Assembly: GCF_036321535.1 (NCBI RefSeq)
Contig: NC_087447.1
Location: 44,332,001 to 44,396,000, forward strand
From: Camelus dromedarius
Taxonomy: Eukaryota
Length of the DNA: 64,000 nt
Reading direction: 5' to 3'
The notes below the pieces were generated by a model that saw only the letters and a program-made list of their open reading frames with translations, did no database searches and had not been told where the DNA came from. Of the stretch, positions 38,100 through 50,102 are shown piece by piece (the first letter of the stretch is position 1; the number at the start of each line of letters is the position of its first letter). The translations under genes were made by a program, and so were the position numbers.

Positions 38100-38972
38100 T
38101 TTCAGACATTCTCAAATATCCTCTGTTTTACTGGGTTAAGCTATTTATCTTGGCATCCGCCTACTTTTGTGTTGTATTCCTCTTACAAAAATGATTGTCT
38201 CTCTTTGAAGTCCAAGATTCCTGAACTTAGGAATAAATACACCCAACTGCCACCATGAACCAAGCCAACATCCTGGTGATGCAGCCCTTGGATGCCACTG
38301 ATGTCTCCTGCTCTCACCTTTGAGGCTGTCGGGATGTTGATGCTCCATAACCCCAAAAAGATTGCCACGATAGGCAGGGATGGCACAATGCCCAGAGTTC
38401 AGCAGGAGGTAGATACAGAAGAAGAGGCCTTCGCCCCTGTTCCAAAGATTTGTCCCTGCCAATCTGTCAGGGAGGAATGTTGGGCCAAATGATGTTTTCA
38501 AAGTCCAACAACCCCCATTCCTGGGCTGTCTGACATTCTTTACTGGGTGTATTTCCCCTAACAAACTAATAGCCTCAGGTAACGCCTACCTTATCAGAGT
38601 CAAACCCCACTGCCTTTCACGGACCCTAAAGCTCTTACCTTACCTACAACTAATCAGCAACTCATGCACAAGCCGATCAGGAACCCTGTGACCTGACCTT
38701 ATAAACTACCCCAAAAACCAGCCCTAGGTGCTCACACAGACACCCCTTGCCAGTGTGGTCCACTGTTGCCTGTAGCAGCATAACTATTAAACTTTTCCGT
38801 TGTTCTTGGCCTTGGCACTCACACAGCATCGCTTGTCTGTGTGGTCTGCTATTGTCCATGACAGCGCACCCTAATAAACTCCTTTCTATTTCCATACTTT
38901 ATCTGGTAAATTCTTCTACAAACCCACACATCACCATGTCACCGACTGGCTGCCCCACTGTGTCCCACAACA
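38100..38972 (+). mobile_element. Second ERV1 3' end: env tail, polypurine tract and LTR (38478-38972)
   Basis: LLLCCIPL env-tail-like frame. Pre-PPT motif acaatgccc..gttcagca is shared with ~36588. PPT cagggaggaa, LTR TGTTG...CAACA, TATAAA at ~38700, AATAAA at 38873-38878. Confidence 0.75.
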
Positions 38973-39566
38973 AAAGCCATGATTAGAAATTTTGTAATTT
39001 CATGTCTCCAACCCCAATTCTCCAGATAGGGGAGAGGGGCTGGAAATAGAATTAATGACAGATGAATCTTACATGAGAAAGGCTCTAAGAAATCATGATA
39101 TTGTGGGGTTTGGAGATCTTCCAGTTTGGTGAACATATCTGTATACCAAGAGGAGGATGCACCCCAACTGCACAGGGACAGAAGCTCTGATGTTCAGAAC
39201 CCACCCAGACCTCAACCTACATATCTCATCATCTGACTGTTCATCTGTATCCTTTATCACATTCTTTAATAAACTTGTAAACATAAGTAACTGTTCCCTA
39301 AGTTCTATGAACTCCTCTAACAAATTCATCAAACCCGGAGTGGAGGTCTTGGAACTTCTGATTTGTAACCAAGTCATATAGAAGTTGAGGGGACCTACTG
39401 CTTGCAATTGACATCTGAAGCCAACAGGGGTCTCCTGGAACTGAGCCCTTAAATTATAAGGGAAGATATTTCCAGGAAGATAGTGTCAGAATCAAGTTAA
39501 ACTGTAAGACACCCAGCCGGTGTTGCAGAATCGCTTGGTGTGGGGAAAGCCCCTACACATCGGTGT
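38973..39566 (+). mobile_element. MER21-like LTR
   Basis: ggggagaggggctggaaatagaatt...gatagtgtcagaatcaagttaaactgtaagacacccagc matches recalled MER21. Confidence 0.75.
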
Positions 39567-39639
39567 TGAAACAAAGGAGGAAAGGGTTTTTACTAAAACA
39601 CCAGGACTATCTGATTTTTATTGGTCTCACTCTTTTCAT

Positions 39640-40165
39640 GGGGTTAGGGCAGCATGCTCAAAGCAGTACCACTCTGGCAGGCAGATTATTTTCAGCTGAA
39701 AACAAGCAAGTCCCAAAAGACTCAGGAAGAACCTTTGAACTTCCACTTAACTTTCTAAATGAATTTAATAGACATCCTGTTCCAGGAGGGGTATCACTAT
39801 AAATAACTATAGTGTACTATGAACTAGGTGCAGTAGACAGGGAGGACTTAGCAAGGCCAGTTTGATCAAAGTCCTCTTTGTGTCCCATTGTTCCTAGATG
39901 GCCCAGCAAACATTCTCTAACAAATATCAAATCTCTACATCTCCCTGTGAATTACCTTACTTCCCTTTCCAGTCTCAGACCCCTATCTCCTTCTCCTTAG
40001 TCCAATATGATGTATAAAAATACTTCATCTTGCCTTATTGTCTTTTGAATTTCTTATGCTTAATTCTCCATATACATGTGTTAAATTTTACTTTCTCCTG
40101 TTAATCTGTCTTATATCACTTTAATTATTTGACCAGCTAAAAGAAAGAAGAGGGAAAGAGGAAAA
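39640..40165 (+). mobile_element. MER34/MER39-like LTR
   Basis: gattattttcagctgaaaac...tttctcctgttaatctgtctt. Confidence 0.6.
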
Positions 40166-40399
40166 ATATTCCCTGATCCCTTACTTTGTTGGCAAGAGTC
40201 ACTCACCAGATTTCAGAAGAGGCTAACACAGTCCCTTAAAAGATATATTCTCCTAGCAAAAGATGAGCCAGCTAGAAGGAAAGAAGGAGTGAAAAAGGGC
40301 AGGCAGGAGAGACTCGGTGATATCAGCTGCCTTTCTCTCTATAATCAATGGCTAGAGATGGAGTGGCCCACTCCTCAGGATTTTCAGTCAAAGCTAAAA

Positions 40400-40531
40400 G
40401 CAGGTCTGAAATTAGGGTGAAGCAAGTGAGGCACCTAGACTGCAAAATTTGAACACTCCCTCACTCTTGAGTTCCCTTGTACCCGAGGCTCCTCTCTTGG
40501 CTCACCTGAGTTCCAACTTAGATGGGCCCCT
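40400..40531. mobile_element. MER91-like DNA transposon fragment
   Basis: tagggtgaagcaagtgaggcacctagactgcaaaattt. Confidence 0.55.
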
Positions 40532-42154
40532 GGATGGGTCATTGGCTCTCTCTAGTATCACTGGGGAGGTCTGGGTGAATTCCTTTTCCCTCAGTTTATT
40601 CAGAATAAGGCTAGAATTTTTCAAAGAGAACTTAAGTTAAAAACTGGCAGTAAAAAAAGAAAAAAAAAAGGAAAAAGGCTGAGAGAAAATATCTTACAAA
40701 GAACATTCAATAATCATTTAACTGTTGTTCATGATAAAAACAAACATTTCTTGGAATTGAAACCCAACTGTGAATTGTATGGGGGGTTGACCTGAGTAAT
40801 AAGAGGCAGCTATGTGGTGAAATGAACTTTTTCATGAATCTGATTTTCAGTCTATGGGATTGCCTTACCCCATTCACTAATTTATACACTGGAAATACTC
40901 AGAGGTTCAAATTAAACACTGAAGGGAACACTGCAGCTGGAGACACTCCCCTTGATGTCTCTTCTGATAGATTTGATCTTCAAACCAATTACATGCTTGG
41001 AAAAAAAGAATTCGTATTTGAATATCTGCTTCAGGCCAAGCACTGGGCAAGATTCACCTATCCCATTTTAGCCTCATTAATGTTACGTGAGGGAGATTGT
41101 GCTACTGGCACAAATTCATTCCACCACTCATCTGCTTCTCCTTACTTAGGTCACCCTCCTCACACCCAAGACGTAAGCTAATATAGCTAGTAACTATTGG
41201 ATCCCGGACTCAAATTAATGACTGACATTAAGACTCTTGCTTATTAGATAACACCTGTGTTCCTACTCTAAAAGTAGGAAAAGGTAAGTCCTATTGGTAG
41301 GACACCATGCCAGCCCTCCTTACACCTTCTTTGTGCTTCATGTCTACTCATTGAAATAGCTACTAATAGCCTCACATACAACTGAGGAAACAACCTCAGA
41401 TAGATATGCTAATTTCCTTATTTCAATCATCATACATGTTGCTCATCTATGTATTTCATGCACTATGTCTGGAACTAAGAATATAAAGGTGGATAAGACA
41501 GATCCTGCACAACTGGCAGCAGCACAGGGAGGTGGGATGCTTGAGGTTTGGGGGATGAAAGAAATCAGACAGACAATCTACAATGTAGCACAATGTGACA
41601 GGCACATCATAAGAGTGGAATTAGTGCTCTGAGAGCACAGCTCAGAAGAGCTCAGTGTAAGTCCATGTAGTGGAGATGTGAGGCTGTACTGGGAGTGGGA
41701 AGGGGAAATGTGAAATGATGTGAGTAGAATTTCCAGCAGAACTGGGAAAAACAGGTATCAATTCACCTGGAAGAAGACGTGTGTGTCAGACATACAGAGT
41801 TTGAAATAGAAGAAGAATAATGGGACAGAAGGTTTTGATCTACAAGCAGTATTATAATGAATTAAATCATAAAGAAAGATAAGAATCAAAACAAAATGCT
41901 TTACATGGAGTTCAGGCACGAGGGAACACTATCAGTTTTTTAACATTACTAAAAAGCTTTCATATAAAATATAGAGAACAGTGAAATTCTCTTAATCACT
42001 ATAAACAATAATTTGTTTTTCAGAGTTTAGCTCACTTTACGGTTAAGTTATTCAAATCAGCTGATACAATGTTAAAAATTTTCTTACTTTTCAAATCAAC
42101 CACACACACACACACACACACACAAAACCCAGCTAATTCTAGCAAAAAGGTCTT

Positions 42155-42740
42155 TTACAGGAAATAAAACCTGACAAGTTCCATTAGCACTGGTAGCATG
42201 CATGCCTCTGTCTTTGAGTGACTTTAAAACTAGAACAGTAATGCACTTAAAGCATTTTCCCTGAGGACATGTACCCCTGTCTCCTCCCAAATTTGTTCCC
42301 TATCCTGTTTCTACAATGTTGATAATTTTGTGCTCACTCCACCCACCCACTAATGTGCACACAGACAGACAGGCATACACACAAACACATACACACACAT
42401 AACAACATTAGTGTTCCATTTGCAGTAATTTTAACACCCAAGAATCACAATATAGATGAATGAATGAATGAATAAATAAATAAATACACAAGTAAGCAAG
42501 CAGGATTCCTTTAAATCAGCTGAATTAAAAAAGAAAAAAAACAAAAACAAAAGTGAAACCAGTTTTTTCTTTCCTGCTTGAAGTATAAATTCAGTCCTCT
42601 CCACCACAGAGGAAGCGGAAATCTAGGCTGCAGATTTCAGTCAGCAAACTACCGTACTCGGGGAAGGAATCGACTCCACTTTCTTGTTAGTCTCTGGAGC
42701 AACCTGAAGACAGGAGCTTGGCCTCAAGGAGACAGGTAGG
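42155..42740 (+). promoter_or_regulatory. Putative interferon-responsive promoter and first exon (block 1)
   Basis: GAS-like TTACAGGAA at 42155-42163, IRF-E AAAAGTGAAACC at 42549-42560, TATAAA at 42584-42589, ETS-like AGAGGAAGCGGAA at ~42608-42620, donor CAG|GTAGGT at 42735/42736. Confidence 0.5.
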
Positions 42741-42949
42741 TGAAGGAAAAGGAGGGAAATGGGGTAGACAGAGAGAGACACAATTACAGAATCAGAGACT
42801 AAAACAGAAACAGAAATTGGTGGAAATAGGCATAGGGAACAGTCAGAGACAAAGCAGATTAAGGCATGCTAAGAACATAAATATGAACCTGGCATTCTCA
42901 TTGCTCCAATAAGCAGCTTCAAATCTGGCGGAAACAGAGTATGTTATTG

Positions 42950-43560
42950 AAACAAACAATTAAATAATTCAGTAATTTGTATTAACAAATAAAAATACAA
43001 CTAGGCTTAGGTAAAAACAGACTTTATTTGAAAGCATTATTGCAATAAGGGGAAAGAGACTACTGTCACAGAGAAAAGATCCAAACATAGAGCTGCAAGC
43101 ATCTCAAAGGCCAGGCAGAAAAGAATTTTCTTTTATGGTAAAAGATCAAGAAGTCTAGAAAGAACACAATGTAGTGGGAGTGGGATGATTAGGGAATGAT
43201 TTCTTAGTAAGAATCATTAAAGAGAGGTTGTATGCTGGGTCAGAAGGAGGGTGGGTCAAAGTTAAGGGAACTGGAAAGGAGAGAAGCTTAACTAACGTTT
43301 AGTTTCAAGCAGTTTCAATCGATCAGGTGGACAAACAGCTCAGCTAGCCATTTATGAGGCAAGGAATGGGAATTTAAAAGGTCAGTGTCCAGACTCATTA
43401 TAAGTAATAAAGGAACACACAAGGGAGTCTTATCCAAGTCACCTCGGAAAAAGGTGTCTCCTTGCAGTAAACTAATTCCCAAAACACAAAAGTGTGGATG
43501 GAATTCTTTAACTGTCACTACTTTGCAGGAATAAAGGACTCAGGAACAATTTAGCATTGT
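42950..43560 (-). mobile_element. ERV1-type LTR
   Basis: Starts tgttattgaa; minus-strand AATAAA at ~43023-43028; absent from the paralogous block at 57 kb. Confidence 0.5.
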
Positions 43561-43661
43561 TAGAGAGGAGAGATATTAACTTGAGCTTGAAGATTAATAA
43601 AAGGCTTCACAAATAAGGAGAAACCTGAATTGCATTAGTATAGTGTCCTGGGAAGCACTCA

Positions 43662-44148
43662 TGTAATGGAAAATTCAAGAGGAAACAATTTACCTTCTAG
43701 AGTTTATGGCTGGTCTAATAATTGAATTGATGTAAAACATATTAACAGGAGAAAATCAAATGTAATTACATACTTACAGGATACTGATCAAGACAGAAGA
43801 ATCAAAGGCAGTCAGGCAATTGAAGTATTTATACCATCCCAAGCTAAGGAGTAGAAAGTAGGGGTCTAGGGCTTCAAAGGGAAGAAAGACAGCTGACAGG
43901 AAGATGAGAAGAGCAAATGACTGGTAAATAAATGTTTGCCATGCCATGCAGCTACACCTTGCTGATACAAAAAGTTATCTCTGGCAATAGCTCTTTCTGG
44001 TATAGGCCCTCTATATAAATTCTTTTAGGCAGTACAAGGGGACGTAAAAAGCTTTTCCTGAGGCTGCTGAGTCTTAACTGCCTTCAGCTCAAAACAATCC
44101 ACATGCCAAAGTGGCAGATTTAAGGGTAGCATATTCTGCTCCCCTTCA
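43662..44148 (-). mobile_element. MER34-like LTR
   Basis: Minus strand begins tgaaggggagcagaatatgctacccttaaatctgccactttggcatgtggattgttttgagctgaaggc and ends ...ttccattaca. Confidence 0.75.
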
Positions 44149-44403
44149 ACATACAGGGTTAAGAAAACTATGAGGTTGAGGAAAGATGACAGATTGTAGT
44201 TTCTAACAGAAGACGGTGAACTAGAAAGAAGGGAAAGGAAAAAGAGTGATTGTGAAAGGAACTGGGTTGATTATTGCCAGGTTATGAAGGGTCTTGAATG
44301 TCAGGGCTAAGTAATTTGATCATATCATAAACCAATGAAGAGTTTTCAAGTTTTGAAAACAAGAAGTTGATTTACATATGAGTTTCAAGATGCAATGTGA
44401 AAG

Positions 44404-45121
44404 TGGGAATGCAGTTTGGTGCAGCCACTATGGAAAACAGTGTGGAGATTCCTCAAAAGACTAGGAATAGACTTAGCATATGACCCAGGAATCCCACTCC
44501 TGGGCTTGTATCCAGAAGGAACCCTATTTCAGGATAACACCTGCACCCCAATGTTCATAGCAGCACTATTTACAATAGCCAAAACATGGAAACAGCCTAA
44601 ATGTCCATCAACAGGTGACTGGATAAAGAAGATGTGGCATATTTATACAATGGAATACTACTCAGCCATAAAAACCGACAACATAACGCCATTTGCAGCA
44701 ACATAGATGCTCCTGGAGAATGTCATTCTAAGTGAAGTAAGCCAGAAAGAGAAAGAAAAATACCATATGAGATCGCTCATATGTGGAATCTAAAAACAAA
44801 CAAACAAACAAACAAACAAAAACAAAGCGTAAATACAGGACAGGAATAGACTCATAGACAGAGAATACAGACTTGTGGTTGCCAGGGGGGCGGAGGGTGG
44901 GAAGGGATAGACTGGGATTTCAAAACTGTAGAATAAATAAACAAGATTATACTGTATAGCACAGGGAAATATACACAAAACGTTATGGTAGCTCACAGAG
45001 AAAAAAATGTGACAATGAGTATGTATATGTCCATGTATGACTGAAAAATTGTGCTGAACACTGGAATTTGACACAACGTTGTAAAATGATTATAAATCAA
45101 TAAAAAATGTTAAAAAAAAAA
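44404..45121 (+). mobile_element. Young 5'-truncated L1 with poly(A)
   Basis: ORF2 end [13 protein letters not shown]...EYYSAIK, AATAAA and poly(A). 17-bp TSD aagatgcaa(t/c)gtgaaag at 44387-44403 / 45122-45138. Confidence 0.95.
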
Positions 45122-45479
45122 AAGATGCAACGTGAAAGATGTACCACAGCAGGGATAGAGGCAACAGTTTCAAGAGCTTCTCATACAGAGCAGACTAATG
45201 CCCAGCAAACTCATGCCCAGCATTTAATAGGCATCTAACAGGGACCACAATTTAGGGGAAGAAGTAGGAAAAATGGGCTTCCAAGAAATAAAAGGTGCCA
45301 ACATCATCATTTCCCCATCAAAGTGGAATGAATACCACCAAATGGCTAGAGTTAGGAATTTAGGATGAGTTTCTAATTGAATAAGCCATTCAACACAAGA
45401 GTCCAAAGAGGAGCTAAAGGAATAATAAAGCGTGATAGGAAGCAGGGACTAAGAGGCAAGCTAAAGTTTTGTTACTTCT

Positions 45480-46195
45480 TTTTTCTTTTTTCTTGAGATA
45501 CAATTCACATATATTAGTTTAATAATTGTTTGTTGTGCAACATGATTCTATATATGTATATATTGCAAAATGATCACCACAATAACTGGTTAACATTAGT
45601 CAACATGCAGTTATAATTTTTTCTTGAGATGAGAAATTTTAAGGTCTACTCTCTTAGCAGCTTTCCAATATACAAAGCAGTAATATCAGCTATAGTCACC
45701 ATGCTGTACAGTACACCTACAAGACTCATTCATTTTATAACTGGAAATGCGTGCCTTTGTACCACCTTCACCTATTTTGCCCACCCCTCCCCCAACCTCT
45801 GGAACCACCATTCAGTTCTCTGTATCTGTGATTTTGTTTTTGGTTTGGTTTGGTTTGGTTTCAGTTTCCAAAAGCAAATGGGATCCTATAGTATTTATCT
45901 TTCTCTCTCTGATGTATTTTACTTAATATAATGACCTCAAGTCTATCCATGTTGTCACAAATGGCAGGATTTCTTTCTTTTTTTTTTTTTTTTTGCTGCT
46001 GATTAACATTCCATTATAAATATACCACATTTTCTTTATCCATTCATCTGTTGATGGATACTTATGTTGTTTCCAACTTTGGCCATTGTAAATAATGCTG
46101 GATTGAACCTGGCAGGGGACAAGGGAGAGCTTTCCAAGATGGCACTTTTTTCCCCTTTAGATGAATACCGAGAGCTGGAATTGGTGGATCATTAT
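45480..46195 (-). mobile_element. L1MA-type 3' fragment
   Basis: atgagaaattttaaggtctactctcttagcagctttcc...tttatccattcatctgttgatgga. Confidence 0.8.
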
Positions 46196-48119
46196 ATTTG
46201 ATAGAAACTGGAAAAGGCTGGACACTGCATAAAGAGCCTAAAGCAGCTCACAATTAGCAGCAGAGTCACAACTCTTTGAACACATATTCTCTAACTGCAT
46301 GATCAAAAGCAGCACCACATTACTCTCCATCCCATTATCTGCTTATTTCTTTCCTACCGCTTAAAACAATCTGAAATTATTTGCTCATTCAAATACTTCC
46401 AAGGTTATGATCTGCTTCCCTCACTGGAGGTAAACACTATAAGGGCAGGGATATAGCCTGTCTCATTCATCCATCAACATATAGAACCTAGAACATTTCC
46501 CAGCATGCTGAAAGCCCTCAAAAGATATGTGTGAAATAATGCTGATATTTTTTAAATCTTTGCCAAACTTCCAATCCATGGTACTTGTATGATTTAGTTC
46601 ACTCAAAGGCACATTATCATGATGGGTACAAGAGGTCAGAGACACTCAATAAAAGGAGCTCCCTAGACTGAAGAGGATAAAAAAGTTAGAGAGGCTCCCT
46701 GGACTGGCTAATTAGAATGGGAGTAACAGGCTTATGGAGAATTTTTTCTAGGAAAAGATGAGGGCAGAAGTGAGACGAAAGAATAAGAAATGGATAGGAT
46801 GCATTCAGTAACACATTTCATCAACAAACTTCTATTGAGCTACAGGTACTAAATTTCAAATTCTTTTCTAAGAAATGTGGCAATAAAGGAAATATAAAGA
46901 AGATAATAGCTTATGGAGGAGGCAATATCCAACCTGTATTTAAACAGAATGGGAAGAAGTGACTATGTTTTCTTGTCCAAAGTGAGTCAACCACAAAAGT
47001 AAGATACTCAAGATATTTTAGACTTGAGATAGAGAAAAAAAAAAAGCCCAAGGGGAGGTGAGAAGGGGCAGGATTTAGAGGACAGAGTAGTATCGCAAAG
47101 AGGTCAGGGATGTTTATTCCTTAGGGACAAGAGTGAAGAACACAAGGATGGATATGAGTCTTAACTGGACGGTGAAAATCTTTGAAGGTGAGAAAGTTCT
47201 GACAACGTGGCTTCTATACTCTACAATTAGAAAGGCAGGCAGAAGGGGGTCACCAAAAGTGAGAGGAGCCTCAACTAACACTCTGTTTCGTGTAATCTCT
47301 CCTGCACTCCTCTTCTCCTCTCAATGCTTCTGTATTGTGGGTTCAACGGACCACTCAACCCTTTTCTTACTTATCTTTCTAACTCCGTTGTCTAGCAAAG
47401 TGCCTGGCACTTAGGAGTAGACCAGTCAGTGTAAATTAGGTGTAAAATTATAAACATGAGTTGTTTGATTGTGGGGAATGAAGGAGTGAATGAAGAAGAG
47501 TCAAACTAGACTTTCTCTGGGTCTGAGATGCTTGGAAGATGAGAGTAGGATGAGTGTGTTGAGAAAACAAAAGCATGAAGGGGTTTGGAAAGAAGTCGGT
47601 GAGTCCAATTTGGGATAAAATTATTTATACTGTAGCTCAAGGGCCCCTGCTGGTGAGAAGCACAACTCTGTCCGAGGCTGTTCCTATGCTAGTTTCATTC
47701 CCTTGGCACCCCATGGATTCCACTTTTTTCGTCAGTCTCCTCACTTATCCCCAAACACCTGCCTAGCACTTGGCTGCCCCTGGTCCAGGTCCCAGTTCAG
47801 TCCCTTTCTGTCCTCAAAACAATGCCTCATGTTTCAACTGTAGCTAAGGCGTTTACTACTAATCACAAGACACACCAGAACAAAAATGTAAAAACCAAGG
47901 GAAGGAGAAAGTTCGTCTCCTGCTATATGGCTTCAGAGTAGTTCAAGTAAGTCCCAGAAGTCTCACTGGTCTGAAAGCCAGTTCGAATATGGGGGTGAAA
48001 TGGTCTCAGGAATGTCTTGTCTAAGTGTGAGCATATACTCCCACGTGAATGTGCCCTATGTTCTCGCACTGAAAGGCCCCTTAGAAGAAGGTATCATGTG
48101 ATTTCTTCTATCCTGGTTT

Positions 48120-50100
48120 AAAATTAATGTTTCTATTTTTTATGCCAACTTTATTGAAAATTAAATTATGCACAACTAAATGCATCCACTTAAAGTATAC
48201 ATTTTGATGAATTTTGCCAAGTTGAAACCACTAGAACCTTGAAACCATTGTCATCATAAAGATACAAAATAATTTTATCATCCCAAAAGATTCCTAGTGG
48301 CCCTTACACTCTATCCCTCCCTCTGCCCTAGCCCCAAGCAACCACTGATACACCTTGTGTTACTATAAATTAGTTTTCATTTTATATAAATGGAACAATA
48401 CAATAAGTATGATCTTGTTGATGGTTTCTTTCACTCAGCATAATAACTTAAATTCAACCATGTTGTTGCAGGTATGAGTAGTTATTCATTTGTATTGTTA
48501 AGTAGTAGTTTATTGAATATTACATTTTGTTTATCTACTTATCTATTTTTGGACATTTAGGGTATTTCTAGTTTTTGGCTATTATGAAAACAGCTGCTAT
48601 GACCGTCTATACACAGATTGTTGCGTGGACATTTATTTCTACTTCACATGGATAGGTATCTGGAAGTGAAATGTCTGAGTTGTATGGTGTGTGCATGTTT
48701 CACTTTTCAAAGAATTGCCAAACAAGTAGTTACTGCCACAAGTGACGAGTGTTCTAGGTGCTCTACATCCTGCCTGACACTTGATATTGTCAGCCTTAAC
48801 TTGAGACTTTCTAATGAGTGTGTACTGTTTCATCACTGCAGTTTTAGTCCACATTTCCCTGATGACTAATGATGTTCAACATCTTTTCATGCACTTATTG
48901 ACCACTCAGTATCTTGTTTTATGAACTGTCTATTCAATCTTACTGCATCCTCTTATGTATTACTGAAGTGGAAGAGTCTTTACATAACAGTCTTTTGTTG
49001 GGTATACCCATTGAAAATATTTTCTCCTATTCTTCAGTTAGCTTTTTAAATTTTCTTTTCCTTTTAACAACTTACACATACTTTACTTGATTGAAAGCCT
49101 TCTTATGGTGCATAAAATGTTTTCTGTAGTTGATCTCAGCTTTGCTGAAGTGAGTTTTATCTGCATTTTCTGTGCTGGAGACTGCTCAGTTGCTGCCACT
49201 GCTGCTGCCATTGCTTTGTTTTCTTTCAGGATCAAGATGGGTTCTTTCATATAAAATCTTATTTTCAATCCATTCTCTGGCAATTCTTAGCTTTGCATAA
49301 TTATACCTACAATGGAATCAGCCTCCTAAAGTCACCAAGATAAATCCTCTTATTCCAACATCACACAATTTTCTACTTCTACTAGTTAAAAAATATCCAA
49401 GGGCAGCCACAACAGATCTTAATGAACCATGTTAAGATAGAATCCTGTACACAGGGAATGCTTTCCACATCTAAATTACTAGGAGTTTAATGGTCTACTT
49501 CCTCCCAGGCTCACTGGTCTCAGCCAAGGGGCCAAGTTGACATCTCTGCCCAACCCAGATGAAGCCACCAGGGGCCACCAGGAGCAGAAGCCTTAAATTG
49601 TTTTAGTATGTATGACTGAAACATTAAGCAATAGGCCAGAAATTGACACGTTGTAAGTGACTATACTTAAATAATTTTTAATTGTCACTGTACATTTCAG
49701 GGAGCAAAATTTTTTCATTTTGATTAAGTGTTATTGATCAATTTTTTCTTTTATGAGTCATGATTTTAGTGTCCTAAGAAAGTTTTGCCCACTGCAAGGT
49801 TCTGAATATTTTTCAGTTTGTTTTCTTCCAGAAGTACAATAGTTTAGCTTTTACATTTAAGCCTTTGGTCTACTTTGAGTTATTTTGGGTGTGGTGTAAA
49901 GCAGGGTCAGTGTTCATGCTTTTCCACCCAGATACCCAATTGTCTGAGCACCACTGTTGAACAGACTTCCCTTTCCTCTTAGAAAATCAATGTACCATAC
50001 ATGTATGAATGTATTTCTAGACTCTGTGTACTGTTCTATTTCCACTGATCTGTATCTGTCTTCATTAATACCATCTTCTTGGTAGCTTTATGGTTAAGTC
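48120..50100 (-). mobile_element. Old L1M 3' region hosting the COX20 retrocopy and younger L1 insertions
   Basis: Continuous L1 3'UTR/ORF2 antisense sequence, resuming at ~51926. Confidence 0.8.
49058..49592 (-). pseudogene. COX20: COX20 processed pseudogene (CDS remnant 49186-49543)
   Basis: Minus-strand translation across frameshifts: KLLVI/LDVESIPCVQDSIL/HGSLRSVVAALGYFLTSRSRKLCDVGIRGFILVTLGG*FHCRYNYAKLRIAREWIENKILYERTHLDPERKQSNGSSSGSN*. Intronless, with GC-rich 5'UTR, degenerate poly(A) and an imperfect TSD. Confidence 0.92.
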
Positions 50101-50102
50101 TT

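Noticed and set aside
38145..38564. 139-aa minus-strand ORF
   Set aside because: Antisense to an ERV env tail, PPT and LTR; no recognisable protein.
49083..49283. 66-aa ORF as a novel peptide
   Set aside because: Alternative frame of the COX20 retrocopy.
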